Shown here: in pieces, positions 47,301 to 62,300 of the stretch
How the letters are laid out: every line of letters begins with the position of its first letter
Position numbering within the stretch: position 1 is the stretch's first letter
NCBI GenBank assembly: GCA_964016885.1
Contig: OZ024745.1
Coordinates: forward strand, 8,494,001 to 8,558,000
DNA length: 64,000 nucleotides
Direction of reading: 5' to 3'
Origin: Eledone cirrhosa
Taxonomy: Eukaryota
Position numbers and translations under genes: made by a program
The notes under the pieces: generated by a model
Database searches by the model: none
What the model was told of the DNA's origin: nothing
What the model saw: only the letters and a program-made list of their open reading frames with translations

Positions 47301-50300
47301 GACAGTCTAGGGTGGGTTAGGTAGTGTTGGCTACAGGACATTCTAGGGTGGGTGGGGTAGTATTGGCTACAGGACAGTCTAGGTTGGGTGGGTTAGTGTT
47401 GGCTACAGGACAGTCTAGGATGGGTGAGGTAGTGTTGGCTACAGGACAGTGTAGGATGGGTGGGGTAGTGTTGGCTACAGGACAGTCTAGGGTGTGGTGG
47501 GGTAGTGTTAGCTACAGGACAGTCTAGGGTGGGTGGGGTAGTGTTGGCTACAGGACAGTCTAGGGTGGGGTAGTGTTGGCTACAGGACATTATATGGTGG
47601 GTGGGGTAGTGTTGGCTACAGGACAGTCTAAGGATGGTGGGGTAGTGTTGGCTACAGGACATCTAGGGTGGGTGGGGTAGTGTTGGCTACAGGACATCTA
47701 GGTTGTGTGGGGTAGTGTTGGCTAAAGGACATTCTAGGGTGGGTGGGGTAGTGTTGGCTACAGGACGATCTAGGGTGGGTGGGGTAGTGTTGTCTACAGG
47801 ACAGTCTAGGGTGGGTGGGGCAGTGTTGGCTGCAGGACAGTCTAGGGTGGGTGGGGTAGTGTTGGCTACAGGACGATCTAGGGTGGGTGCGGCAGTCTTG
47901 GCTACAGGACAGTCTATGGTGTGTGGATAGTGTTGGCTACAGGACAGTCTAGGGTGGGTGGGGTAGTGTTGGCTTCAGGACATTCTAAGGTGGGTGGGGT
48001 AGTGTTGGCTACAGGACAGTCAAGGGTGGGTAGGTTAGTGTTGGCTACAGGACATTCTAGGGTGGGTGGGGTAGTATTGGCTACAGGACACTCTAGGTTG
48101 GGTGGGGTAGAGTTGGCTACAGGACATTCTAAGGTGGGTGGGGTAGTGTTGGCCACAGGACATTCTAGGGTGGGTGGGGTAGTATTAGCTGCAGGACACT
48201 CTAGGGTGGGGTAGTGTTGGCTACAGGACAGTCAAGGGTGGGTAGGTTAGTGTTGGCTACAGGACATTCTAGGGTGGGTGGGGTAGTATTGGCTACAGGA
48301 CACTCTAGGTTGGGTGGGGTAGAGTTGGCTACAGGACAGTCTATGGTGGGGTGGGGTAGTGTTGGCTACAGGACATTCTAAGGTGGGTGGGGTAGTGTTG
48401 GCTACAGGACATTCTAGGGTGGGTGGGGTAGTATTAGCTACAGGACACTCTAGGGTGGGGTAGTGTTGGCTACAGGACAGTCTATGGTGGGGTGGGGTAG
48501 TGTTGGCTACAGGACATTCTAAGGTGGGTGGGGTAGTGTTGGCTACAGGACATTCTAGGGTGGGTGGGGTAGTATTGGCTACAGGACACTCTAGGTTGGG
48601 TGGGGTAGTGTTGGCTACAAGACAGTCTATGGTGGGGTGGGGTAGTGTTGGCTACAGGACATTCTAAGGTGGGTGGGGTAGTGTTGGCTACAGGACATTC
48701 TAGGGTGGGTGGGGTAGTATTGGCTACAGGACACTCTAGGTTGGGTGGGGTAGTGTTGGCTACAGGACAGTCTATGGTGGGGTGGGGTAGTTTTGGCTAC
48801 AGGACATTCTAAGGTGGGTGGGGTAGTGTTGGCTACAGGACATTCTAGGGTGGGTGGGGTAGTATTGGCTACAGGACAGTCTAGGTTGGGTGGGTTAGTG
48901 TTGGCTACAGGACAGTCTAGGGTGGGTTAGGTAGTGTTGGCTACAGGACATTCTAGGGTGGGTGGGGTAGTATTGGCTACAGGACAGTCTAGGTTGGGTG
49001 GGTTAGTGTTGGCTACAGGACAGTCTAGGATGGGTGAGGTAGTGTTGGCTACAGGACAGTGTAGGATGGGTGGGGTAGTGTTGGCTACAGGACAGTCTAG
49101 GGTGTGGTGGGGTAGTGTTAGCTACAGGACAGTCAGGGGTGGGTGGGGTAGTGTTGGCTACAGGACAGTCTAGGGTGGGGTAGTGTTGGCTACAGGACAT
49201 TATATGGTGGGTGGGGTAGTGTTGGCTACAGGACATTCTAGGGTGGCGGGGTAGTGTTGGCTACAGGACAGTGTAGGGTGGAGTGGGTAGTGTTGGCTAC
49301 AGGACAGTCTAGGGTGGGGTGGGTAGTGTTGGCTACAGGACAGTCTAGGGAGGGTGGGGCAGTGTTGGCTACAGGACAGTCGAGGGTGGGTAGGGTAGTG
49401 TTGGCTACAGGACAGTATAGGTTGGGTGGGGTAGTGTTGGCTACAGGACAGTCTAGGGTGGGGTAGTGTTGGCTACAGGAGAGTCTAGGGTGGATTGGGT
49501 AGTGTTGGCTACAGGACATTCTGAGGTGGGTGGGGTAGTGTTGGCTACAGGACAGTCTAGGGTGGGTGGGGTAGTGTTGGCTACAGGACATTCTAAGGTG
49601 GGTGGGTTAGTGTTGGCTACAGGACATTCTAGGGTGGGTGGGGTAGTATTAGCTACAGGACACTCTAGGGTGGGGTAGTGTTGGCTACAGGACAGTCTAT
49701 GGTGGGGTGGGGTAGTGTTGGCTACAGGACATTCTAAGGTGGGTGGGGTAGTGTTGGCTACAGGACATTCTAGGGTGGGTGGGGTAGTATTGGCTACAGG
49801 ACACTCTAGGTTGGGTGGGGTAGTGTTGGCTACAAGACAGTCTATGGTGGGGTGGGGTAGTGTTGGCTACAGGACATTCTAAGGTGGGTGGGGTAGTGTT
49901 GGCTACAGGACATTCTAGGGTGGGTGGGGTAGTGTTGGCTACAGGACATTCTAGGGTGGGTGGGGTAGTATTGGCTACAGGACAGTCTAGGTTGGGTGGG
50001 TTAGTGTTGGCTACAGGACAGTCTAGGGTGGGTTAGGTAGTGTTGGCTACAGGACATTCTAGGGTGGGTGGGGTAGTATTGGCTACAGGACAGTCTAGGT
50101 TGGGTGGGTTAGTGTTGGCTACAGGACAGTCTAGGATGGGTGAGGTAGTGTTGGCTACAGGACAGTGTAGGATGGGTGGGGTAGTGTTGGCTACAGGACA
50201 GTCTAGGGTGTGGTGGGGTAGTGTTAGCTACAGGACAGTCTAGGGTGGGTGGGGTAGTGTTGGCTACAGGACAGTCTAGGGTGGGGTAGTGTTGGCTACA

Positions 50301-53300
50301 GGACATTCTAGGGTGGCGGGGTAGTGTTGGCTACAGGACAGTGTAGGGTGGAGTGGGTAGTGTTGGCTACAGGACAGTCTAGGGTGGGGTGGGTAGTGTT
50401 GGCTACAGGACAGTCTAGGGAGGGTGGGGCAGTGTTGGTTACAGGACAGTCGAGGGTGGGTAGGGTAGTGTTGGCTACAGGACAGTATAGGTTGGGTGGG
50501 GTAGTGTTGGCTACAGGACAGTCTAGGGTGGGGTAGTGTTGGCTACAGGACAGTCTAGGGTGGAGTGGGTAGTGTTGGCTACAGGACATTCTAAGGTGGG
50601 TCGGGTAGTGTTGGCTACAAAGCAGTCTAGGGTGGGTGGGGTAGTGTTGGCTACAGGACAGTCTAGGGTGGTGGGGTAGTGTTGGCTACAGGACCTTCTA
50701 GTGTGGGTGGGGTAGTGTTGGCTACAGGACATTCTAAGGCGGGTGGGGTAGTGTTGGCTACAGGACATTCTAGGGTGGGTGGGATAGTATTGGCTACAGG
50801 ACACTCTAGGTTGGGTGGGGTAGTGTTGGCTACAGGACAGTCTATGGTGGGGTGGGGTAGTGTTGGCTACAGGACATTCTAAGGTGGGTGGGGTAGTGTT
50901 GGCTACAGGACATTCTAGGGTGGGTGGGGTAGTATTGGCTACAGGACACTCTAGGTTGGGTGGGGTAGTGTTGGCTACAGGACAGTCTATGGTGGGGTGG
51001 GGTAGTGTTGGCTACAGGACATTCTAAGGTGGGTGGGTAGTGTTGGCTACAGGACATTCTAGGGTGGGTGGGGTAGTATTGGCTACAGGACAGTCTAGGT
51101 TGGGTGGGTTAGTGTTGGCTACAGGACAGTCTAGGGTGGGTGAGGTAGTGTTGGCTACAGGACAGTCTAGGATGGGTGGGGTAGTGTTGGCTACAGGACA
51201 GTGTAGGATGGGTGGGGTAGTGTTGGCTACAGGACAGTCTAGGGTGTGGTGGGGTAGTGTTAGCTACAGGACAGTCTAGGGTGGGTGTGGTAGTGTTGGC
51301 TACAGGACAGTCTAGGGTGGGTGGGGTAGTGTTGGCTACAGGACAGTCTAGGGTGGGGTAGTGTTGGCTACAGGACATTATATGGTGGGTGGGGTAGTGT
51401 TGGCTACAGGACATTCTAGGGTGGCGGGGTAGTGTTGGCTACAGGACAGTGTAGGGTGGAGTGGGTAGTGTTGGCTACAGGACAGTCTAGGGTGGGGTGG
51501 GTAGTGTTGGCTACAGGACAGTCTAGGGAGGGTGGGGCAGTGTTGGCTACAGGACAGTCGACGGTGGGTAGGGTAGTGTTGGCTACAGGACAGTATAGGT
51601 TGGGTGGGGTAGTGTTGGCTACAGGACAGTCTAGGGTGGAGTGGGTAGTGTTGGCTACAGGACATTCTGAGGTGGGTGGGGTAGTGTTGGCTACAGGACA
51701 GTCTAAGGTGGGTGGGGTAGTGTTGGCTACAGGACCTTCTAGGCTGAGTGGGGTAGTGTTGGCTACAGGACAGTCTAGGGTGGAGTGGGTAGTGTTGGCT
51801 ACAGGACATTCTAAGGTGGGTGGGGTAGTGTTGGCTACAAAGCAATCTAGGGTGGGTGGGGTAGTGTTGGCTACAGGACAGTCTAGGGTGGTGGGGTAGT
51901 GTTGGCTACAGGACCTTCTAGTGTGGGTGGGGTAGTGTTGGCTACAGGACATTCTAAGTTGGGTGGGGTAGTGTTGGCTACAGGACATTCTAGGGTGGGT
52001 GGGGTAGTATTGGCTACAGGACACTCTAGGTTGGGTGGGGTAGTGTTGGCTACAGGACAGTCTATGGTGGGGTGGGGTAGTGTTGGCTACAGGACATTCT
52101 AAGGTGGGTGGGGTAGTGTTGGCTACAGGACATTCTAGGGTGGGTGGGGTAGTATTGGCTACAGGACACTCTAGGTTGGGTGGGGTAGTGTTGGCTACAG
52201 GACAGTCTATGGTGGGGTGGGGTAGTGTTGGCTACAGGACATTCTAAGGTGGGTGGGTAGTGTTGGCTACAGGACATTCTAGGGTGGGTGGGGTAGTATT
52301 GGCTACAGGACAGTCTAGTTTGGGTGGGTTAGTGTTGGCTACAGGACAGTCTAGGGTGGGTGAGGTAGTGTTGGCTACAGGACAGTCTAGGATGGGTGAG
52401 GTAGTGTTGGCTACAGGACAGTGTAGGATGGGTGGGGTAGTGTTGGCTACAGGACAGTCTAGGGTGTGGTGGGGTAGTGTTAGCTACAGGACAGTCTAGG
52501 GTGGGTGGAGTAGTGTTGGCTACAGGACAGTCTAGGGTGGGTGTGGTAGTGTTGGCTACAGGACAGTCTAGGGTGGGTGGGGTAGTGTTGGCTACAGGAC
52601 AGTCTAGGGTGGGGTAGTGTTGGCTACAGGACATTATATGGTGGGTGGGGTAGTGTTGGCTACAGGACATTCTAGGGTGGCGGGGTAGTGTTGGCTACAG
52701 GACAGTCTAGGGTGGGGTGGGTAGTGTTGGCTACAGGACAGTCTAGGGAGGGTGGGGCAGTGTTGGCTACAGGACAGTCGAGGGTGGGTAGGGTAGTGTT
52801 GGCTACAGGACAGTATAGGTTGGGTGGGGTAGTGTTGGCTACAGGACAGTCTAGGGTGGGGTAGTGTTGGCTACAGGAGAGTCTAGGGTGGAGTGGGTAG
52901 TGTTGGCTACAGGACATTCTGAGGGGGGCGGGGTAGTGTTGGCTACAGGACAGTCTAGGGTGGAGTGGGTAGTGTTGGCTACAGGACATTCTAAGGTGGG
53001 TGGGGTAGTGTTGGCTACAAAGCAGTCTAGGGTGGGTGGGGTAGTGTTGGCTACAGGACAGTCTAGGGTGGTGGGGTAGTGTTGGCTACAGGACCTTCTA
53101 GTGTGGGTGGGGTAGTGTTGGCTACAGGACAGTCTAAGGTGGGTGGGGTAGTGTTGGCTACAGGACATTATAAGGTGGGTGGGGTAGTGTTGGCTACAAG
53201 ACAGTCTAGGGTGGGTGGGGTAGTGTTGGCTTCAGGACAGTCTTGGGTGGGTGGGGTAGTGTTGGCTACAGGAAATTTTCTAAGGAAGGTGGGGTACTGT

Positions 53301-56300
53301 TGGCTACAGGACATTCTAAGGTGGGTGGGGTAGTGTTGGCTACAGGACATTCTAGGGTGGGTGGGTAGTGTTGGCTACAGGACAGTCTAGGGTGGAGTGG
53401 GTAGTGTTGGCTACAGGACAGTCTAGGGTGGGGTGGGTAGTGTTGGCTACAGGACAGTATAGGTTGGGTGGGGTAGTGTTGGCTACAGGACAGTCTAGGG
53501 TGGAGTGGGTAGTGTTGCCTGCAGGACAGTCTAGGGTGTGGTTGGTAGTGTTGGCTACAGGACATTCTAATTTGGGTGGGGTAGTGTTGGCTACAAAGCA
53601 GTCTAGGGTGGGTGGGGTAGTGTTGGCTACAGGAGAGTCTAGGGTGGGGTAGTGTTGGCTACATACAGAACAGTCTAGGGTGGGTGGGGTAGTGTTGGCT
53701 ACAGGACTTTCTAGGGTGAGTGGGGTAGTGTTGGCTACAGGGCAGTCTAGGGTGCAGTGGGTAGTGTTGGCTACAGGACATTCTAAGGTGGGTGAGGTAG
53801 TGTTGGCTACAAAGCAGTCTAGGGTGGGTGGGGTAGTGTTGGCTACAGGACAGTCTAGGGTGGTTGGGTAGTGTTGGCTACAGGACCTTCTAGTGTGGGT
53901 GGGGTAGTGTTGGCTACAGGACAGTCTAAGGTGAGTGGGGTAGTGTTGGCTACAGGACAGTCTAAGGTGGGTGGGGTAGTGTTGGCTATAAGACAGTCTA
54001 GGGTGGGGTAGTGTTGGCTACAGGACAGTCTATGGTGGGGTGGGGTAGTGTTGGCTACAGGACATTCTAAGGTGGGTGGGGTAGTGTTGGCTACAGGACA
54101 TTCTAGGGTGGGTGGGGTAGTATTGGCTACAGGACACTCTAGGTTGGGTGGGGTAGTGTTGGCTACAGGACAGTCTATGGTGGGGTGGGGTAGTGTTGGC
54201 TACAGGACATTCTAAGGTGGGTGGGTAGTGTTGGCTACAGGACATTCTAGGGTGGGTGGGGTAGTATTGGCTACAGGACAGTCTAGTTTGGGTGGGTTAG
54301 TGTTGGCTACAGGACAGTCTAGGGTGGGTGAGGTAGTGTTGGCTACAGGACAGTCTAGGATGGGTGAGGTAGTGTTGGCTACAGGACAGTGTAGGATGGG
54401 TGGGGTAGTGTTGGCTACAGGACAGTCTAGGGTGTGGTGGGGTAGTGTTAGCTACAGGACAGTCTAGGGTGGGTGGAGTAGTGTTGGCTACAGGACAGTC
54501 TAGGGTGGGTGTGGTAGTGTTGGCTACAGGACAGTCTAGGGTGGGTGGGGTAGTGTTGGCTACAGGACAGTCTAGGGTGGGGTAGTGTTGGCTACAGGAC
54601 ATTATATGGTGGGTGGGGTAGTGTTGGCTACAGGACATTCTAGGGTGGCGGGGTAGTGTTGGCTACAGGACAGTCTAGGGTGGGGTGGGTAGTGTTGGCT
54701 ACAGGACAGTCTAGGGAGGGTGGGGCAGTGTTGGCTACAGGACAGTCGAGGGTGGGTAGGGTAGTGTTGGCTACAGGACAGTATAGGTTGGGTGGGGTAG
54801 TGTTGGCTACAGGACAGTCTAGGGTGGGGTAGTGTTGGCTACAGGAGAGTCTAGGGTGGAGTGGGTAGTGTTGGCTACAGGACATTCTGAGGGGGGCGGG
54901 GTAGTGTTGGCTACAGGACAGTCTAGGGTGGAGTGGGTAGTGTTGGCTACAGGACATTCTAAGGTGGGTGGGGTAGTGTTGGCTACAAAGCAGTCTAGGG
55001 TGGGTGGGGTAGTGTTGGCTACAGGACAGTCTAGGGTGGTGGGGTAGTGTTGGCTACAGGACCTTCTAGTGTGGGTGGGGTAGTGTTGGCTACAGGACAG
55101 TCTAAGGTGGGTGGGGTAGTGTTGGCTACAGGACATTATAAGGTGGGTGGGGTAGTGTTGGCTACAAGACAGTCTAGGGTGGGTGGGGTAGTGTTGGCTT
55201 CAGGACAGTCTTGGGTGGGTGGGGTAGTGTTGGCTACAGGAAATTTTCTAAGGAAGGTGGGGTACTGTTGGCTACAGGACATTCTAAGGTGGGTGGGGTA
55301 GTGTTGGCTACAGGACATTCTAGGGTGGGTGGGTAGTGTTGGCTACAGGACAGTCTAGGGTGGAGTGGGTAGTGTTGGCTACAGGACAGTCTAGGGTGGG
55401 GTGGGGAGTGTTGGCTACAGGACAGTATAGGTTGGGTGGGGTAGTGTTGGCTACAGGACAGTCTAGGGTGGAGTGGGTAGTGTTGCCTGCAGGACAGTCT
55501 AGGGTGTGGTTGGTAGTGTTGGCTACAGGACATTCTAATTTGGGTGGGGTAGTGTTGGCTACAAAGCAGTCTAGGGTGGGTGGGGTAGTGTTGGCTACAG
55601 GAGAGTCTAGGGTGGGGTAGTGTTGGCTACATACAGAACAGTCTAGGGTGGGTGGGGTAGTGTTGGCTACAGGACTTTCTAGGGTGAGTGGGGTAGTGTT
55701 GGCTACAGGGCAGTCTAGGGTGCAGTGGGTAGTGTTGGCTACAGGACATTCTAAGGTGGGTGAGGTAGTGTTGGCTACAAAGCAGTCTAGGGTGGGTGGG
55801 GTAGTGTTGGCTACAGGACAGTCTAGGGTGGTTGGGTAGTGTTGGCTACAGGACCTTCTAGTGTGGGTGGGGTAGTGTTGGCTACAGGACAGTCTAAGGT
55901 GAGTGGGGTAGTGTTGGCTACAGGACAGTCTAAGGTGGGTGGGGTAGTGTTGACTACAGGACAGTATAGGGTGGGTAGGTAGTGTTGGCTACAGGACAGT
56001 CTAGGGTAGGTGGCGTAGTGTTGACTACAAGACATCCTAGGGTAGGTGGGTAATGTTGGCTACAGGATAGTCTAGGGTGGGTAGGGCAGTGTTGGCTACA
56101 GGACAGTCTAAGGTGGGTGGGATAGTGTTGGCTACAGGACAGTCTAGTGTGGGGTAGTGTTGGCTACAGGACAGTCTAGTGTGGGGTAGTGTTGGCTACA
56201 GGACAGTCTAAGGTGGGTGAGGTAGTGTTGGCTACAGGACAGTCTATGGTGGGTGGGGTAGTGTTGGCTACAGGACAGTCTATGGTGGGTGGGGCAGTGT

Positions 56301-59300
56301 TGACTACAGGACAGTCTAGGGTGGGTGAGGTAGTGTTGGCTACAGGACAGTGTAGAGTGGGTGGGGTAGTGTTGGCTACAGGACAGTCTAGGGTGGGGTG
56401 GGGTAGTGTTGGCTACAGGACAGTCTAGGGTGGGTGGGTAGTGTTGGCTACAGGACAGTCTAGTGTGGGTGGGGTAGTGTTGGCTACAGTATAGTCTAGG
56501 GTCGGTGGTGCAGTGTTGGCTACCGGACAGTCTAGGGTGGGGTAGTGTTGGCTACATGAAAGTCTAGGGTGGGGTAGTGTTGGCTACAGGAAAGTCTAAG
56601 GTCGGTGGGGTAGTGTTGGCTACAGGACAGTCTAGGGTCGGTGGTGTAGTGTTGGCTACCGGACAGTCTAGGGTGGGGTAGTGTTGGCTACAGGAAAGTC
56701 TAGGGTGGAGAGTGTTGGCTACAGGACAGTCTAGGAAAGGTGGGGTAGTGTTGGCTTCAGGACATTCTAAGGTGGGTGGGGTAGTGTTGGCTACAGGACA
56801 GTCTAGGGTGGGTGGGTTAGTGTTGGCTACAGTACATTTTAGCGTGGGTGGGGTAGTATTGGCTACAGGACAGTCTAATGTGGGTGGGGTAGTGTTGGCT
56901 ACAGGACATTCTAGGGTGGGTGGGGTAGTGTTGACTACAGCACAGTATATGGTGGGTAGGTAGTGTTGGCTATAGAACAGTCTAGGGTTGGTGGGGTATT
57001 GTTGACTACAAGACAGTCTAGGGTGGGTGTGGTAGTGTTGGCTACAAGAAAGTCTATGGTGTGTGGATAGTGTGGGCTACAGGACAGTCTAGGGTGGGTG
57101 GGTTAGTGTTGGCTACAGGACATTCTAGGGTGGTTGGGGTAGTATTGGCTACAGGACAGTCTACGGTGGGGTGGGGTAGTGTTGGCTACAGGACATTCTA
57201 AGGTGGGTGAGGTAGTGTTGGCTACAAACAGTCTAGGATGAGTGGGGTAGTGTTGGCTACAGGACAGTCTAGGGTGGGTGTGGTAGTGTGGGCTACAGGA
57301 CAGTCTAGGGTGGGTGGGGTAGTGTTGGCTTCAGGACATTCTAAGGTGGGTGGGGTAGTGTTGGCTACAGGACAGTCTAGGGTGGGTGGGTTAGTGTTGG
57401 CTACAGGACATTCTAGGGTGGTTGGGGTAGTATTGGCTACAGGACAGTCTACGGTGGGGTGGGGTAGTGTTGGCTACAGGACATACTAAGGTGGGTGAGG
57501 TAGTGTTGGCTACAGGACAGTCTAGGATGAGTGGGGTAGTGTTGGCTACAGGACAGTCTAGGGTGGGTGAGGTAGTGTTGGCTACAGGACAGACTAGGGT
57601 GGGTGGGATAGTGTTGGCTTCAGGACATTCTAAGGTGGGTGGGGTAGTGTTGGCTACAGGACATTCTAGGTGGGTGGGGTAGAGTTGGCTACAGGACTGT
57701 CTAGGGTGGGTGGGGTAGTGTTGGCTACAGGACAGTCTAGGGTGGGTGTGGTAGTGTTGACTACAGGACAGTCTAGGGTGGGTGAGGTAGTGTTGGCTAC
57801 AGGACAGTCTGGATGGGTGGGGTAGTGTTGGCTACAGGACAGTGTAGGATGGGTGGGATAGTGTTGGCTACAGGACTGTCTAGGGTGGGGTAGTGCTGGC
57901 TACAGGACATTATAAGGTGGGTGGGGTAGTGTTGGCTACAGGACAGTCTAGGTTGGGTGGGGTAGTGTTGGCTTCAGGACAGTCTAGAGTGGGTGGGGTA
58001 GTGTTGGCTACAGGACAGTCTAGGGTGGGTGGGGTAGTGTTGGCTACAGGACATTCTAAGGAAGGCGGGGTAGTGTTGGCTACAGGACATTCTGAGGTGG
58101 GTGGGTAGTGTTGGCTACAGGACAGTCTAGTGTGGAGTGGGTAGTGTTGGCTACAGGACAGTCTAGGGTGGGGTGGGTAGTGTTGGCTACAGGACAGTCT
58201 AGGGAGGGAGGGGCAGTGTTGACTACGGGACAGTCTAGGGTGGGAGGGGTAGTGTTGGCTACAGGACAGTATAGGTTAGGTGGGGTAGTGTTGGCTACAG
58301 GATAGTCTAGGGTGGAGTGGGTAGTGTTGGCTACAGGACAGTCTAGGGTGGGGTTTGTAGTGTTGGCTACAGGACATTCTAATTTGGGTGGGGTAGTGTT
58401 CGCTACAAAGCAGTCTAGGGTGGGTGGGGTAGTGTTGGCTACAGGACAGTCTAGGGTGGGGTAGTGTTGGCTACATACAGAACAGTCTAGGGGGGGTGGA
58501 GTAGTGTTGGCAACAGGACCTTCTAGGGTGAGTGGGGTAGTGTTGGCTACAGGACAGTCTAGGGTGGTGTGGGTAGTGTTGGCTACAGGACATTCTAAGG
58601 TGGGTGGGGTAGTGTTGGCTACAAAGCAGTCTAGGGTGGGTGGGGTAGTGTTGGCTACAGGACCGTCTAGGGTGGTGGGATAGTGTTGGCTACAGGACCT
58701 TCTAGTGTGGGTGGGGTAGTGTTGGCTACAGGACAGTCTAGTGTGGGGTAGTGTTGGCTACAGGACAGTCTAGGGTGGGGTAGTGTTGGCTACAGGACAG
58801 TCTAGGGTGGGTGGGGCAGTGTTGACTACAGGACAGTCTAAGGTGGGTGAGGTAGTGTGGGCTACAGTACAGTCTAAGGTGGGTGGGGTAGTGTTGGCTA
58901 CAGTACAGTCTAGGGTCGGTGGGGTAGTGTTGGCTACAGGACAGTCTATGGTGGGTGGGGCAGTGTTGACTACAGGACGGTCTAGGGTGGGTGAGGTAGT
59001 GTTGGCTACAGGACAGTCTAGGGTGGGGTGGGGTAGTGTTGGCTACAGGACAGTCTAGGGTGGGGTGGGGTAGTGTTAGCTACAGGACAGTCTAGGGTGG
59101 GTGGCGTACTGTTGGCTACAGAACAGTATAGGGTGGGTGGGGTAGTGTTGGCTACAGGACAGTATAGGTTGTTTGGGGTAGGGTTGGCTACAGGACATTC
59201 TAGGGTGGGTGGGTAGTGTTGGCTACAGGACAGTCTAGGGTGGGTTGGATAGTGTTGGCTACAGGACAGTCTAGGGTGGGTGGGGTAGTGTTGGCTACAG

Positions 59301-62300
59301 GACAGTATAGGTTGGGTGGGGTAGTGTTGGCTTCAGGACATTCTAAGGTGGGTGGGGTAGTGTTGGCTACAGGACAGTCTAAGATGGGTGGGGTAGTGTT
59401 GGCTACAGGACATTCTAGGGTGGGTGGGTAGTGTTGGCTACAGGACGGTCTAGGTTGGGTGGGGTTGTGTTGGCTACAGGACATTCTAAGGTGGGTGGGG
59501 TAGTGTTGGCTACAGGACATTCTAAGGTGGGTGGGGTAGTGTTGGCTACAGGACATTCTAAGGTGGGTGGGGTAGTGTTGGCTAGAAAGCAGTCTAGGGT
59601 GGTTGGGGTAGTGTTGGCTACAGGACAGGCTAGGGTGGGGTGGGGTAGTGTTGGCTACAGGACAGTCTAGGGTGGGTGGCGTAGTGTTGGCTACAGAACA
59701 GTATAGGGTGGGTGGGTAGTGTTGGCTACAGGACAGTCTAGGGTAGGTGGGGTAGTGTTGGCTACAGGACTGTTTAGGGTGGGTGGGGTAGTGTTGGCTA
59801 CATGACATTCTAGGGTGGGTGGGGTAGTGTTGGCTACAGGACAGTCTAGGGTGGGGTAGTGTTGGCTGCAGGACAGTCTAAGGTCGGTGGGGTACTGTTG
59901 GCTACAGGAAGGTCTAAGGTCAGTGGGGTAGTGTTGGCTACAGGACAGTCTAGGCTGGAGTAGTGTTTGCTACCGTACAGTCTAGGGTGGGGTAGTGTTG
60001 GCTACAGGACAGTCTAGGATGGGTGGGGTAGTGTTGGCTACAGGACAGTCAAGGGTGGGTGGGATAGTGTTGGCTTCAGGACAGTCTAGGTTGGGGTGGG
60101 GTAGTTTTGGCTACAGGACAGTCTAGGGTGGGTGGGGTAGTGTTGGCTACAGGACATTCTATGGTAGGGTGGGGTAGTGTTGGCTACAGGACAGTCTAAG
60201 GTGGGTGGGGTAGTGCTGGCTACAGGACAGTCTAGGGGTGTGGGGTAGTGTTGGCTACAGGACATTCTAAGGTGGGTGAGGTAGTGTTCGCTACATGACA
60301 GTCTAAGGTTGGTGGGGTACTGTTGGCTACATGACATCTAGGGTGGGTGGGGTAGTGTAGGCTAAAGGACGACCTAGGGTGGGTGGGGTACTGTTGGCTA
60401 CAGGACGATCTAGGTTGGGTGGGGTAGTGTTGTCTACAGGACAGTCTAGGGTGGGTGGGGCAGTGTTGGCTACAGGTAAGTCTATGGTGTGTGGATAGTG
60501 TTGGCTACAGGACAGTCTAAGGTGGGTGGGGTAGTGTTGGCTACGGGACAGTCGAGGGTGGGTAAGGTAGTTTTGGCTACAGGACAGTATAGGTTGGGTG
60601 GGGTAGTGTTGGCTACAGGACAGTCTAGGGTGGAGTGGGTAGTGTTGCCTACAGGACAGTCTAGGGTGGGGTTGGTAGTGTTGGCTACAGGACATTCTAA
60701 TTTGGGTGGGGTAGTGTTGGCTACAAAGCAGTCTAGGTTGGGTGGGGTAGTGTTGGCTACAGGACAGTCTAGGGTGGGGTAGTGTTGGCTACAGGACCTT
60801 CTAGGGTGAGTGGGGTAGTGTTGGCTACAGGACAGTCTAGGGTGGGTGGGGTAGTGTTGGCTACAAAGCAGTCTAGGGTGGGTGGGGTAGTGTTGGCTAC
60901 AGGACAGTCTAGGGTGGTGGGGTAGTGTTGGCTACAGGACCTTCTAGTGTGGCTGGGGTAGTTTTGGCTACAGGACAGTCTAAGGTGGGTGGGATAGTGT
61001 TGGCTATAAGACAGTCTAGGGTGGGGTAGTGTTGGCTACAGGACAGTCTAGGGTGGGTGGGTAGTGTTGGCTACAGGACAGTCTAGGGTGGGTGGGGTAG
61101 TGATGACTACAGGACAGTATAGTGTGGGTAGGTAGTGTTGGCTATAGGACAGTCTAGGGAGGGGTAGTGTTGACTACAAGACATCCTAGGGTGGGTGGGT
61201 AATGTTGGCTACAGGATAGTCTAGGGTGGGTAGGGCAGTGTTGGCTACAGGACAGTCTAAGGTGGGTGGGGTAGAGTTGGCTACAGGACAGTCTAGTGTG
61301 GGGTAGTGTTGGCTACAGGACAGTCTAGGATGGGGTAGTGTTGGCTACAGGACAGTCTAGGGTGGGTGGGGCAGTGTTGACTACAGGACAGTTTAAGGTG
61401 GGTGAGGTAGTGTTGGCTACAGGACAGTCTATGGTGGGTGGGGCAGTGTTGACTACAGGACAGTCTAGGGTGGGTGAGGTAGTGTTGGCTACAGGACAGT
61501 CTTGAGTGGGTGGGGTAGTGTTGGCTACAGGACAGTCTAGGGTGGGGTGGGGTAGTGTTGGCTACAGGACAGTCTAGGGTGGGTGGCGTAGTGTTGGCTA
61601 CAGAACAGTATAGGGTGGGTGGGTAGTGTTGGCTACAGGACAGTCTAGGATGGGTGGGGTAGTGTTGGCTACAGGACTGTCTAGGGTGGGTGGGTAGTGT
61701 TGGCTACAAGACAGTCTAGGGTGGGTAGGGTAGTGTTGGCTACAGGACAGTCTATGGTCGGTGGGGTAGTGTTGGCTACAGGACAGTCTAAGGTGGGTGG
61801 AGTAGTGTTGGCTACCGGACAGTCTAGGGTGGGGTAGTGCTGGCTACAGGAAAGTCTAAGGTCGGTGGGGTAGTGTTGGCTACAGGAAAGTCTAAGGTCG
61901 GTGGGGTAGTGTTGGCTACAGGACAGTCTAGGGTGGGTGGGGTAGTGTTGGCTACAGGACAGTCTAGGGTGGCTGGGATAGTGTTGGCTACAGTACAGTC
62001 TAGGGTCGGTGGGGTAGTGTTGGCTACAGGACAGTCTAGGGTGGGTGGGATAGTGTTGGCTACAGGACAGTCTAGGGTGGGGTGGGGTAGTGTTGGCTAC
62101 AGGACAGTATATGGTGGGGTGGGGTAGTGTTGGCTACAGGACAGTCTAATGTGGGTGGGGTAGTGTTGGCTACAGGACAGTCTAGGGTGGGTGGGGTAGT
62201 GTTGGCTACAGGACAGTCTAATGTGGGTGGGGTAGTGTTGGCTACAGGACAGTGTATGGTGGGTGGAAAGTGTTGGCTACAGGACAGTCTAGGAAAGGTG

